A stretch of DNA of 64,000 nt, taken from the NCBI GenBank assembly GCA_964016885.1, contig OZ024745.1, forward strand, positions 9,920,001 to 9,984,000, in the 5' to 3' direction. The position numbers and the translations under genes were made by a program. The notes under the pieces are model-generated. The model was not told the origin of the DNA. It was given only the letters and a program-made list of their open reading frames with translations, and searched no databases. Of this stretch, positions 15,001 through 30,100 are shown in pieces; positions within the stretch are counted from its first letter, which is position 1; each line of letters starts with the position of its first letter. The stretch is from Eledone cirrhosa. Lineage: Eukaryota.

Positions 15001-18000
15001 CATTGAATAGTGATCAATAGACTGTAGACATTGAATAGTAATCAATAGACTGAAGACATTGAATAGTGATCAATAGACTGAAGACATTGAATAGTGATCA
15101 ATAGGCTGTAGACATTGAATAGTGATCAATAGGCTGTAGACATTGAATAGTGATCAATAGACTGAAGACATTGAATAGTGATCAATAGACTGTAGACATT
15201 GAATAGTGATCAATAGACTGTAGACATTGAATAGTAATCAATAGACTGAAGACATTGAATAGTGATCAATAGACTGAAGACATTGAATAGTGATCAATAG
15301 ACTGTAGACATTGAATAGTAATCAATAGACTGAAGACATTGAATAGTGATCAATAGACTGTAGACATTGAATAGTGATCAATAGACTGTAGACATTGAAT
15401 AGTGATCAATAGACTGTAGACATTAAATAGCGATCAATAGACTGTAGACATTGAATAGTGATCAATAGACTGAAGACATTGAATAGTGATCAATAGACTG
15501 TAGACATTGAATAGTGATCAATAGACTGTAGACATTGAATAGTGATCAATAGACTGAAGACATTGAATAGTAATCAATAGACTGAAGACATTGAATAGTG
15601 ATCAATAGACTGAAGACATTGAATAGTGATCAATAGGCTGTAGACATTGAATAGTGATCAATAGGCTGTAGACATTGAAAAGTGATCAATAGACTGAAGA
15701 CATTGAATAGTGATCAATAGACTGTAGACATTGAATAGTGATCAATAGACTGAAGACATTGAATAGTGATCAATAGACTGTAGACATTGAATAGTGATCA
15801 ACAGACTGTAGACATTGAATAGTGATCAATAGACTGTAGACATTGAATAGTGATCAATAGACTGAAGACATTGAATAGTGATCAATAGACTGTAGACATT
15901 GAATAGTGATCAACAGACTGTAGACATTGAATAGTGATCAATAGACTGAAGACATTGAATAGTGATCAATAGACTGTAGACATTGAATAGTGATCAATAG
16001 ACTGTAGACATTGAATAGTGATCAATAGACTGTAGACATTAAATAGCGATCAATAGACTGTAGACATTGAATAGTGATCAATAGACTGAAGACATTGAAT
16101 AGTGATCAATAGACTGTAGACATTGAATAGTGATCAATAGACTGTAGACATTGAATAGTGATCAATAGACTGTAGACATTGAATAGTGATCAATAGACTG
16201 AAGACATTGAATAGTGATCAACAGACTGTAGACATTGAATAGTGATCAATAGACTGAAGACATTGAATAGTGATCAATAGACTGTAGACATTGAATAGTG
16301 ATCAATAGACTGAAGACATTGAATAGTGATCAATAGACTGTAGACATTGAATAGTGATCAACAGACTGTAGACATTGAATAGTGATCAACAGACTGTAGA
16401 CATTGAATAGTGATCAATAGACTGTAGACATTGAATAGTGATCAATAGACTGTAGACATTGAATAGTGATCAATAGACTGAAGACATTGAATAGTGATCA
16501 ATAGACTGTAGACATTGAATAGTGATCAACAGACTGTAGACATTGAATAGTGATCAATAGACTGTAGACATTGAATAGTGATCAATAGACTGTAGACATT
16601 GAATAGTGATCAATAGACTGAAGACATTGAATAGTAATCAATAGACTGTAGACATTGAATAGTGATCAACAGACTGTAGACATTGAATAGTGATCAACAG
16701 ACTGTAGACATTGAATAGTGATCAATAGACTGTAGACATTGAATAGTGATCAATAGACTGTAGACATTGAATAGTGATCAATAGACTGTAGACAATGAAT
16801 AGTGATCAATAGACTGTAGACATTGAATAGTGATCAATAGACTGAAGACATTGAATAGTGATCAATAGACTGTAGACATTGAATAGTGATCAATAGACTG
16901 AAGACATTGAATAGTAATCAATAGACTGTAGACATTGAATAGTGATCAACAGACTGAAGACATTGAATAGTGATCAATAGACTGTAGACATTGAATAGTG
17001 ATCAATAGACTGAAGACATTGAATAGTAATCAATAGACTGTAGACATTCAATAGTGATCAATAGACTGAAGACATTGAATAGTAATCAATAGACTGTAGA
17101 CATTGAATAGTGATCAATAGACTGAAGACATTCAATAGTAATCAATAGACTGTAGACATTGGATAGTGATCAATAGACTGAAGACATTGGATAGTAATCA
17201 ATAGACTGTAGACATTGGATAGTGATCAATAGACTGTAGACATTGAATAGTGATCAATAGACTGAAGACATTGAATAGTGATCAATAGACTGAAGACATT
17301 GAATAGTGATCAATAGACTGAAGACGTTGAATAGTAATCAATAGACTGTAGACATTGAATAGTGATCAATAGACTGAAGACATTCAATAGTAATCAATAG
17401 ACTGTAGACATTGGATAGTGATCAATAGACTGAAGACATTGGATAGTAATCAATAGACTGTAGACATTGAATAGTGATCAACAGACTGTAGACATTGAAT
17501 AGTGATCAATAGACTGAAGACATTGAATAGTGATCAATAGACTGTAGACATTGAATAGTGATCAATAGACTGAAGACATTGAATAGTAATCAATAGACTG
17601 TAGACATTGAATAGTGATCAACAGACTGTAGACATTGAATAGTGATCAACAGACTGTAGACATTGAATAGTGATCAATAGACTGTAGACATTGAATAGTG
17701 ATCAATAGACTGAAGACATTGAATAGTGATCAATAGACTGTAGACATTGAATAGTGATCAACAGACTGTAGACATTGAATAGTGATCAATAGACTGTAGA
17801 CATTGAATAGTGATCAATAGACTGAAGACATTGAATAGTGATCAATAGACTGTAGACATTGAATAGTGATCAACAGACTGTAGACATTGAATAGTGATCA
17901 ATAGACTGAAGACATTGAATAGTGATCAATAGACTGTAGACATTGAATAGTGATCAATAGACTGTAGACATTGAATAGTGATCAATAGACTGTAGACATT

Positions 18001-21000
18001 AAATAGCGATCAATAGACTGTAGACATTGAATAGTGATCAATAGACTGAAGACATTGAATAGTGATCAATAGACTGTAGACATTGAATAGTGATCAATAG
18101 ACTGTAGACATTGAATAGTGATCAATAGACTGTAGACATTGAATAGTGATCAATAGACTGAAGACATTGAATAGTGATCAATAGACTGAAGACATTGAAT
18201 AGTGATCAACAGACTGTAGACATTGAATAGTGATCAATAGACTGTAGACATTGAATAGTGATCAATAGACTGTAGACATTGAATAGTGATCAATAGACTG
18301 AAGACATTGAATAGTAATCAATAGACTGTAGACATTGAATAGTGATCAACAGACTGTAGACATTGAATAGTGATCAACAGACTGTAGACATTGAATAGTG
18401 ATCAATAGACTGTAGACATTGAATAGTGATCAATAGACTGTAGACATTGAATAGTGATCAATAGACTGTAGACAATGAATAGTGATCAATAGACTGTAGA
18501 CATTGAATAGTGATCAATAGACTGAAGACATTGAATAGTGATCAATAGACTGTAGACATTGAATAGTGATCAATAGACTGAAGACATTGAATAGTAATCA
18601 ATAGACTGTAGACATTGAATAGTGATCAACAGACTGAAGACATTGAATAGTGATCAATAGACTGTAGACATTGAATAGTGATCAATAGACTGAAGTCATT
18701 GAATAGTAATCAATAGACTGTAGACATTGAATAGTGATCAATAGACTGAAGACGTTGAATAGTAATCAATAGACTGTAGACATTGAATAGTGATCAATAG
18801 ACTGAAGACATTCAATAGTAATCAATAGACTGTAGACATTGGATAGTGATCAATAGACTGAAGACATTGGATAGTAATCGATAGACTGTAGACATTGGAT
18901 AGTGATCAATAGACTGTAGACATTGAATAGTGATCAATAGACTGAAGACATTGAATAGTGATCAATAGACTGAAGACATTGAATAGTGATCAATAGACTG
19001 TAGACATTGAATAGTGATCAATAGACTGTAGACATTGAATAGTGATCAATAGACTGTAGACATTGAATAGTGATCAATAGACTGTAGACATGGAATAGTG
19101 ATCAACAGACTGTAGACATTGAATAGTGATCAATAGACTGAAGACATTGAATAGTGATCAATAGACTGTAGACATTGAATAGTGATCAATAGACTGTAGA
19201 CATTGGATAGTGATCAATAGACTGTAGACATTGAATAGTGATCAATAGACTGAAGACATTGGATAGTGATCAATAGACTGTAGACATTGAATAGTGATCA
19301 ATAGACTGAAGACATTGAATAGTAATCAATAGACTGAAGACATTGAATAGTGATCAATAGACTGTAGACATTGAATAGTGATCAATAGACTGTAGACATT
19401 GAATAGTGATCAATAGACTGAAGACATTGAATAGTGATCAATAGACTGTAGACATTGAATAGTGATCAATAGACTGTAGACATTGAATAGTAATCAATAG
19501 ACTGAAGACATTGAATAGTGATCAATAGACTGAAGACATTGAATAGTGATCAATAGGCTGAAGACATTGAATAGTGATCAACAGACTGTAGACATTGAAT
19601 AGTGATCAATAGACTGTAGACATTGGATAGTGATCAATAGACTGTAGACATTGAATAGTGATCAATAGACTGAAGACATTGAATAGTGATCAATAGACTG
19701 TAGACATTGAATAGTGATCAATAGACTGTAGACATTGAATAGTAATCAATAGACTGAAGACATTGAATAGTGATCAATAGACTGAAGACATTGAATAGTG
19801 ATCAATAGGCTGAAGACATTGAATAGTGATCAATAGACTGTAGACATTGAATAGTGATCAATAGACTGTAGACATTGAATAGTAATCAATAGACTGAAGA
19901 CATTGAATAGTGATCAATAGACTGAAGACATTGAATAGTGATCAATAGACTGTAGACATTGAATAGTAATCAATAGACTGAAGACATTGAATAGTGATCA
20001 ATAGACTGTAGACATTGAATAGTGATCAATAGACTGTAGACATTGAATAGTGATCAATAGACTGTAGACATTGAATAGTGATCAATAGACTGTAGACATT
20101 GAATAGTGATCAATAGACTGTAGACATTGAATAGTAATCAATAGACTGAAGACATTGAATAGTGATCAATAGACTGAAGACATTGAATAGTGATCAATAG
20201 GCTGAAGACATTGAATAGTGATCAATAGACTGTAGACATTGAATAGTGATCAATAGACTGTAGACATTGAATAGTAATCAATAGACTGAAGACATTGAAT
20301 AGTGATCAATAGACTGAAGACATTGAATAGTGGTCAATAGACTGTAGACATTGAATAGTAATCAATAGACTGAAGACATTGAATAGTGATCAATAGACTG
20401 TAGACATTGAATAGTGATCAATAGACTGTAGACATTGAATAGTGATCAATAGACTGTAGACATTAAATAGCGATCAATAGACTGTAGACATTGAATAGTG
20501 ATCAATAGACTGTAGACATTGAATAGTGATCAATAGACTGAAGACATTGAATAGTGATCAATAGACTGTAGACATTGAATAGTGATCAATAGAGTGTAGA
20601 CATTGAATAGTGATCAATAGACTGTAGACATTAAATAGCGATCAATAGACTGTAGACATTGAATAGTGATCAATAGACTGTAGACATTGAATAGTGATCA
20701 ATAGACTGTAGTCATTGAATAGTGATCAATAGACTGTAGACATTGAATAGTGATCAATAGACTGAAGACATTGAATAGTGATCAATAGACTGTAGACATT
20801 GAATAGTGATCAATAGACTGTAGACATTGAATAGTGATCAATAGACTGAAGACATTGAATAGTGATCAATAGACTGTAGACATTGAATAGTGATCAATAG
20901 ACTGTAGACATTGAATAGTGATCAATAGACTGTAGACATTGAATAGTGATCAATAGACTGTAGACATTGAATAGTGATCAACAGACTGTAGACATTGAAT

Positions 21001-23856
21001 AGTGATCAATAGACTGTAGACATTGAATAGTGATCAATAGACTGTAGACATTGAATAGTGATCAATAGACTGAAGACATTGAATAGTAATCAATAGACTG
21101 TAGACATTGAATAGTGATCAACAGACTGTAGACATTGAATAGTGATCAACAGACTGTAGACATTGAATAGTGATCAATAGACTGTAGACATTGAATAGTG
21201 ATCAATAGACTGTAGACATTGAATAGTGATCAATAGACTGTAGACAATGAATAGTGATCAATAGACTGTAGACATTGAATAGTGATCAATAGACTGAAGA
21301 CATTGAATAGTGATCAATAGACTGTAGACATTGAATAGTGATCAATAGACTGAAGACATTGAATAGTAATCAATAGACTGTAGACATTGAATAGTGATCA
21401 ACAGACTGAAGACATTGAATAGTGATCAATAGACTGTAGACATTGAATAGTGATCAATAGACTGAAGACATTGAATAGTAATCAATAGACTGTAGACATT
21501 GAATAGTGATCAATAGACTGAAGACGTTGAATAGTAATCAATAGACTGTAGACATTGAATAGTGATCAATAGACTGAAGACATTCAATAGTAATCAATAG
21601 ACTGTAGACATTGGATAGTGATCAATAGACTGAAGACATTGGATAGTAATCGATAGACTGTAGACATTGGATAGTGATCAATAGACTGTAGACATTGAAT
21701 AGTGATCAATAGACTGAAGACATTGAATAGTGATCAATAGACTGAAGACATTGAATAGTGATCAATAGACTGTAGACATTGAATAGTGATCAATAGACTG
21801 TAGACATTGAATAGTGATCAATAGACTGTAGACATTGAATAGTGATCAATAGACTGTAGACATGGAATAGTGATCAACAGACTGTAGACATTGAATAGTG
21901 ATCAATAGACTGAAGACATTGAATAGTGATCAATAGACTGTAGACATTGAATAGTGATCAATAGACTGTAGACATTGGATAGTGATCAATAGACTGTAGA
22001 CATTGAATAGTGATCAATAGACTGAAGACATTGGATAGTGATCAATAGACTGTAGACATTGAATAGTGATCAATAGACTGAAGACATTGAATAGTAATCA
22101 ATAGACTGAAGACATTGAATAGTGATCAATAGACTGTAGACATTGAATAGTGATCAATAGACTGTAGACATTGAATAGTGATCAATAGACTGAAGACATT
22201 GAATAGTGATCAATAGACTGTAGACATTGAATAGTGATCAATAGACTGTAGACATTGAATAGTAATCAATAGACTGAAGACATTGAATAGTGATCAATAG
22301 ACTGAAGACATTGAATAGTGATCAATAGGCTGAAGACATTGAATAGTGATCAACAGACTGTAGACATTGAATAGTGATCAATAGACTGTAGACATTGGAT
22401 AGTGATCAATAGACTGTAGACATTGAATAGTGATCAATAGACTGAAGACATTGAATAGTGATCAATAGACTGTAGACATTGAATAGTGATCAATAGACTG
22501 TAGACATTGAATAGTAATCAATAGACTGAAGACATTGAATAGTGATCAATAGACTGAAGACATTGAATAGTGATCAATAGGCTGAAGACATTGAATAGTG
22601 ATCAATAGACTGTAGACATTGAATAGTGATCAATAGACTGTAGACATTGAATAGTAATCAATAGACTGAAGACATTGAATAGTGATCAATAGACTGAAGA
22701 CATTGAATAGTGATCAATAGACTGTAGACATTGAATAGTAATCAATAGACTGAAGACATTGAATAGTGATCAATAGACTGTAGACATTGAATAGTGATCA
22801 ATAGACTGTAGACATTGAATAGTGATCAATAGACTGTAGACATTGAATAGTGATCAATAGACTGTAGACATTGAATAGTGATCAATAGACTGTAGACATT
22901 GAATAGTAATCAATAGACTGAAGACATTGAATAGTGATCAATAGACTGAAGACATTGAATAGTGATCAATAGGCTGAAGACATTGAATAGTGATCAATAG
23001 ACTGTAGACATTGAATAGTGATCAATAGACTGTAGACATTGAATAGTAATCAATAGACTGAAGACATTGAATAGTGATCAATAGACTGAAGACATTGAAT
23101 AGTGGTCAATAGACTGTAGACATTGAATAGTAATCAATAGACTGAAGACATTGAATAGTGATCAATAGACTGTAGACATTGAATAGTGATCAATAGACTG
23201 TAGACATTGAATAGTGATCAATAGACTGTAGACATTAAATAGCGATCAATAGACTGTAGACATTGAATAGTGATCAATAGACTGTAGACATTGAATAGTG
23301 ATCAATAGACTGAAGACATTGAATAGTGATCAATAGACTGTAGACATTGAATAGTGATCAATAGAGTGTAGACATTGAATAGTGATCAATAGACTGTAGA
23401 CATTAAATAGCGATCAATAGACTGTAGACATTGAATAGTGATCAATAGACTGTAGACATTGAATAGTGATCAATAGACTGTAGTCATTGAATAGTGATCA
23501 ATAGACTGTAGACATTGAATAGTGATCAATAGACTGAAGACATTGAATAGTGATCAATAGACTGTAGACATTGAATAGTGATCAATAGACTGTAGACATT
23601 GAATAGTGATCAATAGACTGAAGACATTGAATAGTGATCAATAGACTGTAGACATTGAATAGTGATCAATAGACTGTAGACATTGAATAGTGATCAATAG
23701 ACTGTAGACATTGAATAGTGATCAATAGACTGTAGACATTGAATAGTGATCAATAGACTGTAGACATTGAATAGTGATCAATAGACTGTAGACATTGAAT
23801 AGTGATCAATAGACTGTAGACATTGAATAGTGATCAATAGACTGTAGACATTGAAT
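1..23856. repeat. 28-bp tandem satellite, consensus AGTGATCAATAGACTGTAGACATTGAAT, 852 units in window, continues past the left edge
   Basis: The unit restarts at 1, 29, 57 and so on. The line pattern recurs every 420 bp (15 units) and is still in phase at 23521. Variants are substitutions (CAAC, CTGAAG, TTGGAT, AGTAAT, AGGCTG, TTAAATAGCG). The track shows no ORF in this span. Confidence 0.99.
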
Positions 23857-23998
23857 AGTGATTAATAAATCAAGACATCAATTGGTTATAGACATCTAAT
23901 AGTAATCGACTATAAACATTCAATAGTGATCAATAAGCTTAAACATCCAATAGTGATCAACTATAAACAATCAATAGTGATCAATAGATCAATAAACA
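23857..23998. repeat. Degenerate edge copies of the 28-bp satellite
   Basis: Diverged units with indels, e.g. AGTGATTAATAAATCAAGACAT, AATAGTGATCAATAAGCTTAAACATCC, AATAGTGATCAACTATAAACAATC. Confidence 0.85.
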
Positions 23999-24118
23999 TA
24001 CCTCTTCTTTGTTCTCAGAGACATAATTGATTGCTGGATAAGAGAAAATACTGTACAAGTGTTAAAGTGAGAGGAGGAGTAATTGTGAAACAATTTACTT
24101 ACCTTTCCTGCCTTAAAC

Positions 24119-27100
24119 ACCGACCTACCACCTATAACCCCCCTACTAGTTCCCTTCCACACACATAACATCACTGCTCCCCATACCACTGACGTGCCAC
24201 CTATAACCCCCCCTACTAGTTCCCTTCCACACACTGCTCCCCATACCACTGACGTGCCACCTATAACCCCCCTACTAGTTCCCTTCCACACACATAACAT
24301 CACTGCTCCCCATACCACTGACGTGCCACCTATAACCCCCTTACTAGTTCCCTTCCACACACATAACATCACTGCTCCCCATACCACTGACGTGCCACCT
24401 ATAACCCCCCTACTAGTTCCCTTCCACACACATAACATCACTGCTCCCCATACCACTGACGTGCCACCTATAACCCCTCTACTAGTTCCCTTCCACACAC
24501 ATAACATCACTGCTCCCCATACCACTGACGTGCCACCTATAACCCCCCTACTAGTTCCCTTCCACACACTGCTCCCCATACCACTGACGTGCCACCTATA
24601 ACCCCCCTACTAGTTCCCTTCCACACACATAACATCACTGCTCCCCATACCACTGACCTACCACCTATAACCCCCCTACTAGTTCCCTTCCACACACATA
24701 ACATCACTGCTCCCCATACCACTGACGTGCCACATATAACCCCCCTACTAGTTCCCTTCCACACACATAACACCACTGCTCCCCATACCACTGACGTGCC
24801 ACCTCTAACCCCACTACTAGTTCCCTTCCACACACATAACATCACTGCTCCCCATACCACTGACATGCCACCTATAACCCCCCTACTAGTTCCCTTCCAC
24901 ACACATAACATCACTGCTCCCCATACCACTGACGTGCCACCTATAACCCCCTACTAGTTCCCTTCCATTCCCATAACAACACTGCCCCCCATACCACTGA
25001 CCTACCACCTATAACCCCCCTACTAGTTCCCTTCCACACACATAACATCACTGCTCCCTATACCACTGACGTGCCACCTATAACCCCTCTACTAGTTCCC
25101 TTCCACACACATAACATCATTGCTCCCCATACCACTGACGTGCCACCTATAACCCCTCTACTAGTTCCCTTCCATTCCCATAACATCACTGCTCCCCATA
25201 CCTCTGACGTGCCACCTATAACCCCTCTACTAGTTCCCTTCCATTCCCATAACATCACTGCTCCCCATACCACTGACGTGCCACCTATAACCCCCCTACT
25301 AGTTCCCTTCCACACACATAACATCACTGCTCCCCATACCACTGACGTGCCACCTATAACCCCCCTACTAGTTCCCTTCCACACACATAACATCACTGCT
25401 CCCCATACCACTGACGTGCCACCTATAACCCCCCCTAATAGTTCCCTACCACACACATAACATCACTGCTCCCCATACCACTGACGTGCCACCTATAACC
25501 CCTCTACTAGTTCCCTTCCACACACATAACATCACTGCTCCCCATACCACTGACGTGCCACCTATAACCCCCCTACTAGTTCCCTTCCACACACATAACA
25601 TCACTGCTCCCCATACCACTGACGTGCCACCTATAACCCCCCCTAATAGTTCCCTTCCACACACATAACATCACTGCTCCCCATACCAGTGACGTGCCAC
25701 CTATAACCCCTCTACTAGTTCCCTTCCACACACATAACATCACTGCTCCCCATACCACTGACGTGCCACCTATAACCCCCCTACTAGTTCCCTTCCATTC
25801 CCATAACAACACTGGTCCCCATACCGCTGGCGTGCCACCTATAACCCCCCTAATAGTTCCCTTCCACACACATAACATCACTGCTCCCCATACCACTGAC
25901 CTACCACCTATAACCCCCCTACTAGTTCCCTTCCACACACATAACATCACTGCTCCCCATACCACTGACGTGCCACCTATAACCCCCCTACTAGTTCCCT
26001 TCCACACACATAACACCACTGCTCCCCATACCACTGACGTGCCACCTCTAACCCCACTACTAGTTCCCTTCCACACACATAACATCACTGCTCCCCATAC
26101 CACTGACATGCCACCTATAACCCCCCTACTAGTTCCCTTCCACACACATAACATCACTGCTCCCCATACCACTGACGTGCCACCTATAACCCCCTACTAG
26201 TTCCCTTCCATTCCCATAACAACACTGCCCCCCATACCACTGACCTACCACCTATAACCCCCCTACTAGTTCCCTTCCACACACATAACATCACTGCTCC
26301 CTATACCACTGACGTGCCACCTATAACCCCTCTACTAGTTCCCTTCCACACACATAACATCATTGCTCCCCATACCACTGACGTGCCACCTATAACCCCT
26401 CTACTAGTTCCCTTCCATTCCCATAACATCACTGCTCCCCATACCTCTGACGTGCCACCTATAACCCCTCTACTAGTTCCCTTCCATTCCCATAACATCA
26501 CTGCTCCCCATACCTCTGACGTGCCACCTATAACCCCCCTACTAGTTCCCTTCCACACACATAACATCACTGCTCCCCATACCACTGACATGCCACCTAT
26601 AACCCCCCTACTAGTTCCCTTCCACACACATAACATCACTGCTCCCCATACCACTGACGTGCCACCTATAACCCCCCTACTAGTTCCCTTCCACACACAT
26701 AACATCACTGCTCCCCATACCACTGACGTGCCACCTATAACCCCCCCTAATAGTTCCCTTCCACACACATAACATCACTGCTCCCCATACCACTGACGTG
26801 CCACCTATAACCCCTCTACTAGTTCCCTTCCACACACATAACATCACTGCTCCCCATACCACTGACGTGCCACCTATAACCCCCCTACTAGTTCCCTTCC
26901 ACACACATAACATCACTGCTCCCCATACCACTGACGTGCCACCTATAACCCCCCTAATAGTTCCCTTCCACACACATAACATCACTGCTCCCCATACCAC
27001 TGACGTGCCACCTATAACCCCCCCTAATAGTTCCCTTCCACACACATAACATCACTGCTCCCCATACCACTGACGTGCCACCTATAACCCCTCTACTAGT

Positions 27101-30100
27101 TCCCTTCCACACACATAACATCACTGCTCCCCATACCAGTGACGTGCCACCTATAACCCCTCTACTAGTTCCCTTCCACACACATAACATCACTGCTCCC
27201 CATACCACTGACGTGCCACCTATAACCCCCCTACTAGTTCCCTTCCATTCCCATAACAACACTGCTCCCAATACTGCTGGCGTGCCACCTATAACCCCCC
27301 TAATAGTTCCCTTCCACACACATAACATCACTGCTCCCCATACCACTGACGTGCCACCTATAACCCCCCTACTAGTTCCCTTCCATTCCCATAACATCAC
27401 TGCTCCCCATACCACTGAGGTGCCACCTATAACCCCCCTACTAGTTCCCTTCCACACACATAACAACACTGCTCCCCATACGACTGACGTGCCACCTATA
27501 ACCCCCCTAATAGTTCCCTTCCACACACAACATCATTGCTCCCCATACCACTGACGTGCCACCTATAACCCCCCTACTAGTTCCCTTCCACACACATAAC
27601 ATCACTGCTCCCCATACCACTGAGGTGCCACCTATAACCCCCCTACTAGTTCCCTTCCATTCCCATAACATTACTGCTCCCCATACCACTGAGGTGCCAC
27701 CTATAACCCCTCTACTAGTTCCCTTCCACACACATAACATCACTGCTCCCCATACCACTGACGTGCCACCTATAACCCCCCTACTAGTTCCCTTCCCTTC
27801 CCATAACATCACTGCTCCCCATACCACTGACATCCCACCTATAACCCCCCTACTAGTTCCCTTCCACACACACAACATCACTGCTCCCCATACCACTGAC
27901 GTGCCACCTATAACCCCCCTACTAGTTCCCTTCCACACACAACATCACTGCTCCCCATACCACTGACGTGCCACCTATAACCCCCCTAATAGTTCCCTTC
28001 CACACACATAACATCACTGCTCCCCATACCACTGACGTGCCACCTATAACCCCTCTACTAGTTCCCTTCCACACACATAACATCACTGCTCCCCATACCA
28101 CTGACGTGCCACCTATAACCCCTCTACTAGTTCCCTTCCACACACATAACATCACTGCTCCCCATACCACTGACGTGCCACCTATAACCCCCCTACTAGT
28201 TCCCTTCCACACACATAACAACACTGCTCCCCATACCGCTGGCGTGCCACCTATAACCCCCCTAATAGTTCCCTTCCACACACATAACATCACTGCTCCC
28301 CATACCACTGACGTGCCACCTATAACCCCCCTACTAGTTCCCTTCCACACACATAACAACACTGCTCCCCATACCGCTGGCGTGCCACCTATAACCCCCC
28401 TACTAGTTCCCTTCCACACACATAACACCACTGCTCTCCATACCACTGACGTTCCACCTATAACCCCCCTACTAGTTCCCTTCCACACACATAACAACAC
28501 TGCTCCCCATACCGCTGGCGTGCCACCTATAACCCCTCTACTAGTTCCCTTCCATTCCCATATCACTGCTCCCCATACCACTGAGGTGCCACCTATAACC
28601 CCCCTACTAGTTCCCTTCCACACACAACATCACTGCTCCCCATACCACTGACGTGCCACCTATAACCCCCCTAATAGTTCCCTTCCACACACATAACATC
28701 ACTGCTCCCCATACCACTGACGTGCCACCTATAACCCCTCTACTAGTTCCCTTCCACACACATAACATCACTGCTCCCCATACCACTGACGTGCCACCTA
28801 TAACCCCTCTACTAGTTCCCTTCCACACACATAACATCACTGCTCCCCATACCACTGACGTGCCACCTATAACCCCCCTACTAGTTCCCTTCCACACACA
28901 TAACAACACTGCTCCCCATACCGCTGGCGTGCCACCTATAACCCCCCTAATAGTTCCCTTCCACACACATAACATCACTGCTCCCCATACCACTGACGTG
29001 CCACCTATAACCCCCCTACTAGTTCCCTTCCACACACATAACAACACTGCTCCCCATACCGCTGGCGTGCCACCTATAACCCCCCTACTAGTTCCCTTCC
29101 ACACACATAACACCACTGCTCTCCATACCACTGACGTTCCACCTATAACCCCCCTACTAGTTCCCTTCCACACACATAACAACACTGCTCCCCATACCGC
29201 TGGCGTGCCACCTATAACCCCTCTACTAGTTCCCTTCCATTCCCATATCACTGCTCCCCATACCACTGAGGTGCCACCTATAACCCCCCTACTAGTTCCC
29301 TTCCATTCCCATAACATCACTGCTCCCCATACCACTGAGGTGCCACCTATAACCCCCCTACTAGTTCCCTTCCATTCCCATAACATTACTGCTCCCCATA
29401 CCACTGAGGTGCCACCTATAACCCCTCTACTAGTTCCCTTCCACACACATAACATCACTGCTCCCCATACCACTGACGTGCCACCTATAACCCCCCTACT
29501 AGTTCCCTTCCCTTCCCATAACATCACTGCTCCCCATACCACTGACATCCCACCTATAACCCCCCTACTAGTTCCCTTCCACACACACAACATCACTGCT
29601 CCCCATACCATTGACGTGCCACCTATAACCCCCCTACTAGTTCCCTTCCACACACAACATCACTGCTCCCCATACCACTGACGTGCCACCTATAACCCCC
29701 CTAATAGTTCCCTTCCACACACATAACATCACTGCTCCCCATACCACTGACGTGCCACCTATAACCCCTCTACTAGTTCCCTTCCACACACATAACATCA
29801 CTGCTCCCCATACCACTGACGTGCCACCTATAACCCCTCTACTAGTTCCCTTCCACACACATAACAACACTGCTCCCCATACCGCTGGCGTGCCACCTAT
29901 AACCCCCCTAATAGTTCCCTTCCACACACATAACATCACTGCTCCCCATACCACTGACGTGCCACCTATAACCCCCCTACTAGTTCCCTTCCACACACAT
30001 AACAACACTGCTCCCCATACCGCTGGCGTGCCACCTATAACCCCCCTACTAGTTCCCTTCCACACACATAACACCACTGCTCTCCATACCACTGACGTTC

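Noticed and set aside
1-23856. CRISPR array (28-bp repeat with partial dyad symmetry)
   Set aside because: Units are head-to-tail with no unique spacers, there are no cas genes, and the context is eukaryotic.
24001-24070. Plus-strand terminal exon after CCTCTTCTTTGTTCTCAG (DIIDCWIRENTVQVLK-stop)
   Set aside because: Good acceptor-like motif but only 16 codons, with no upstream partner exon visible and no other support.
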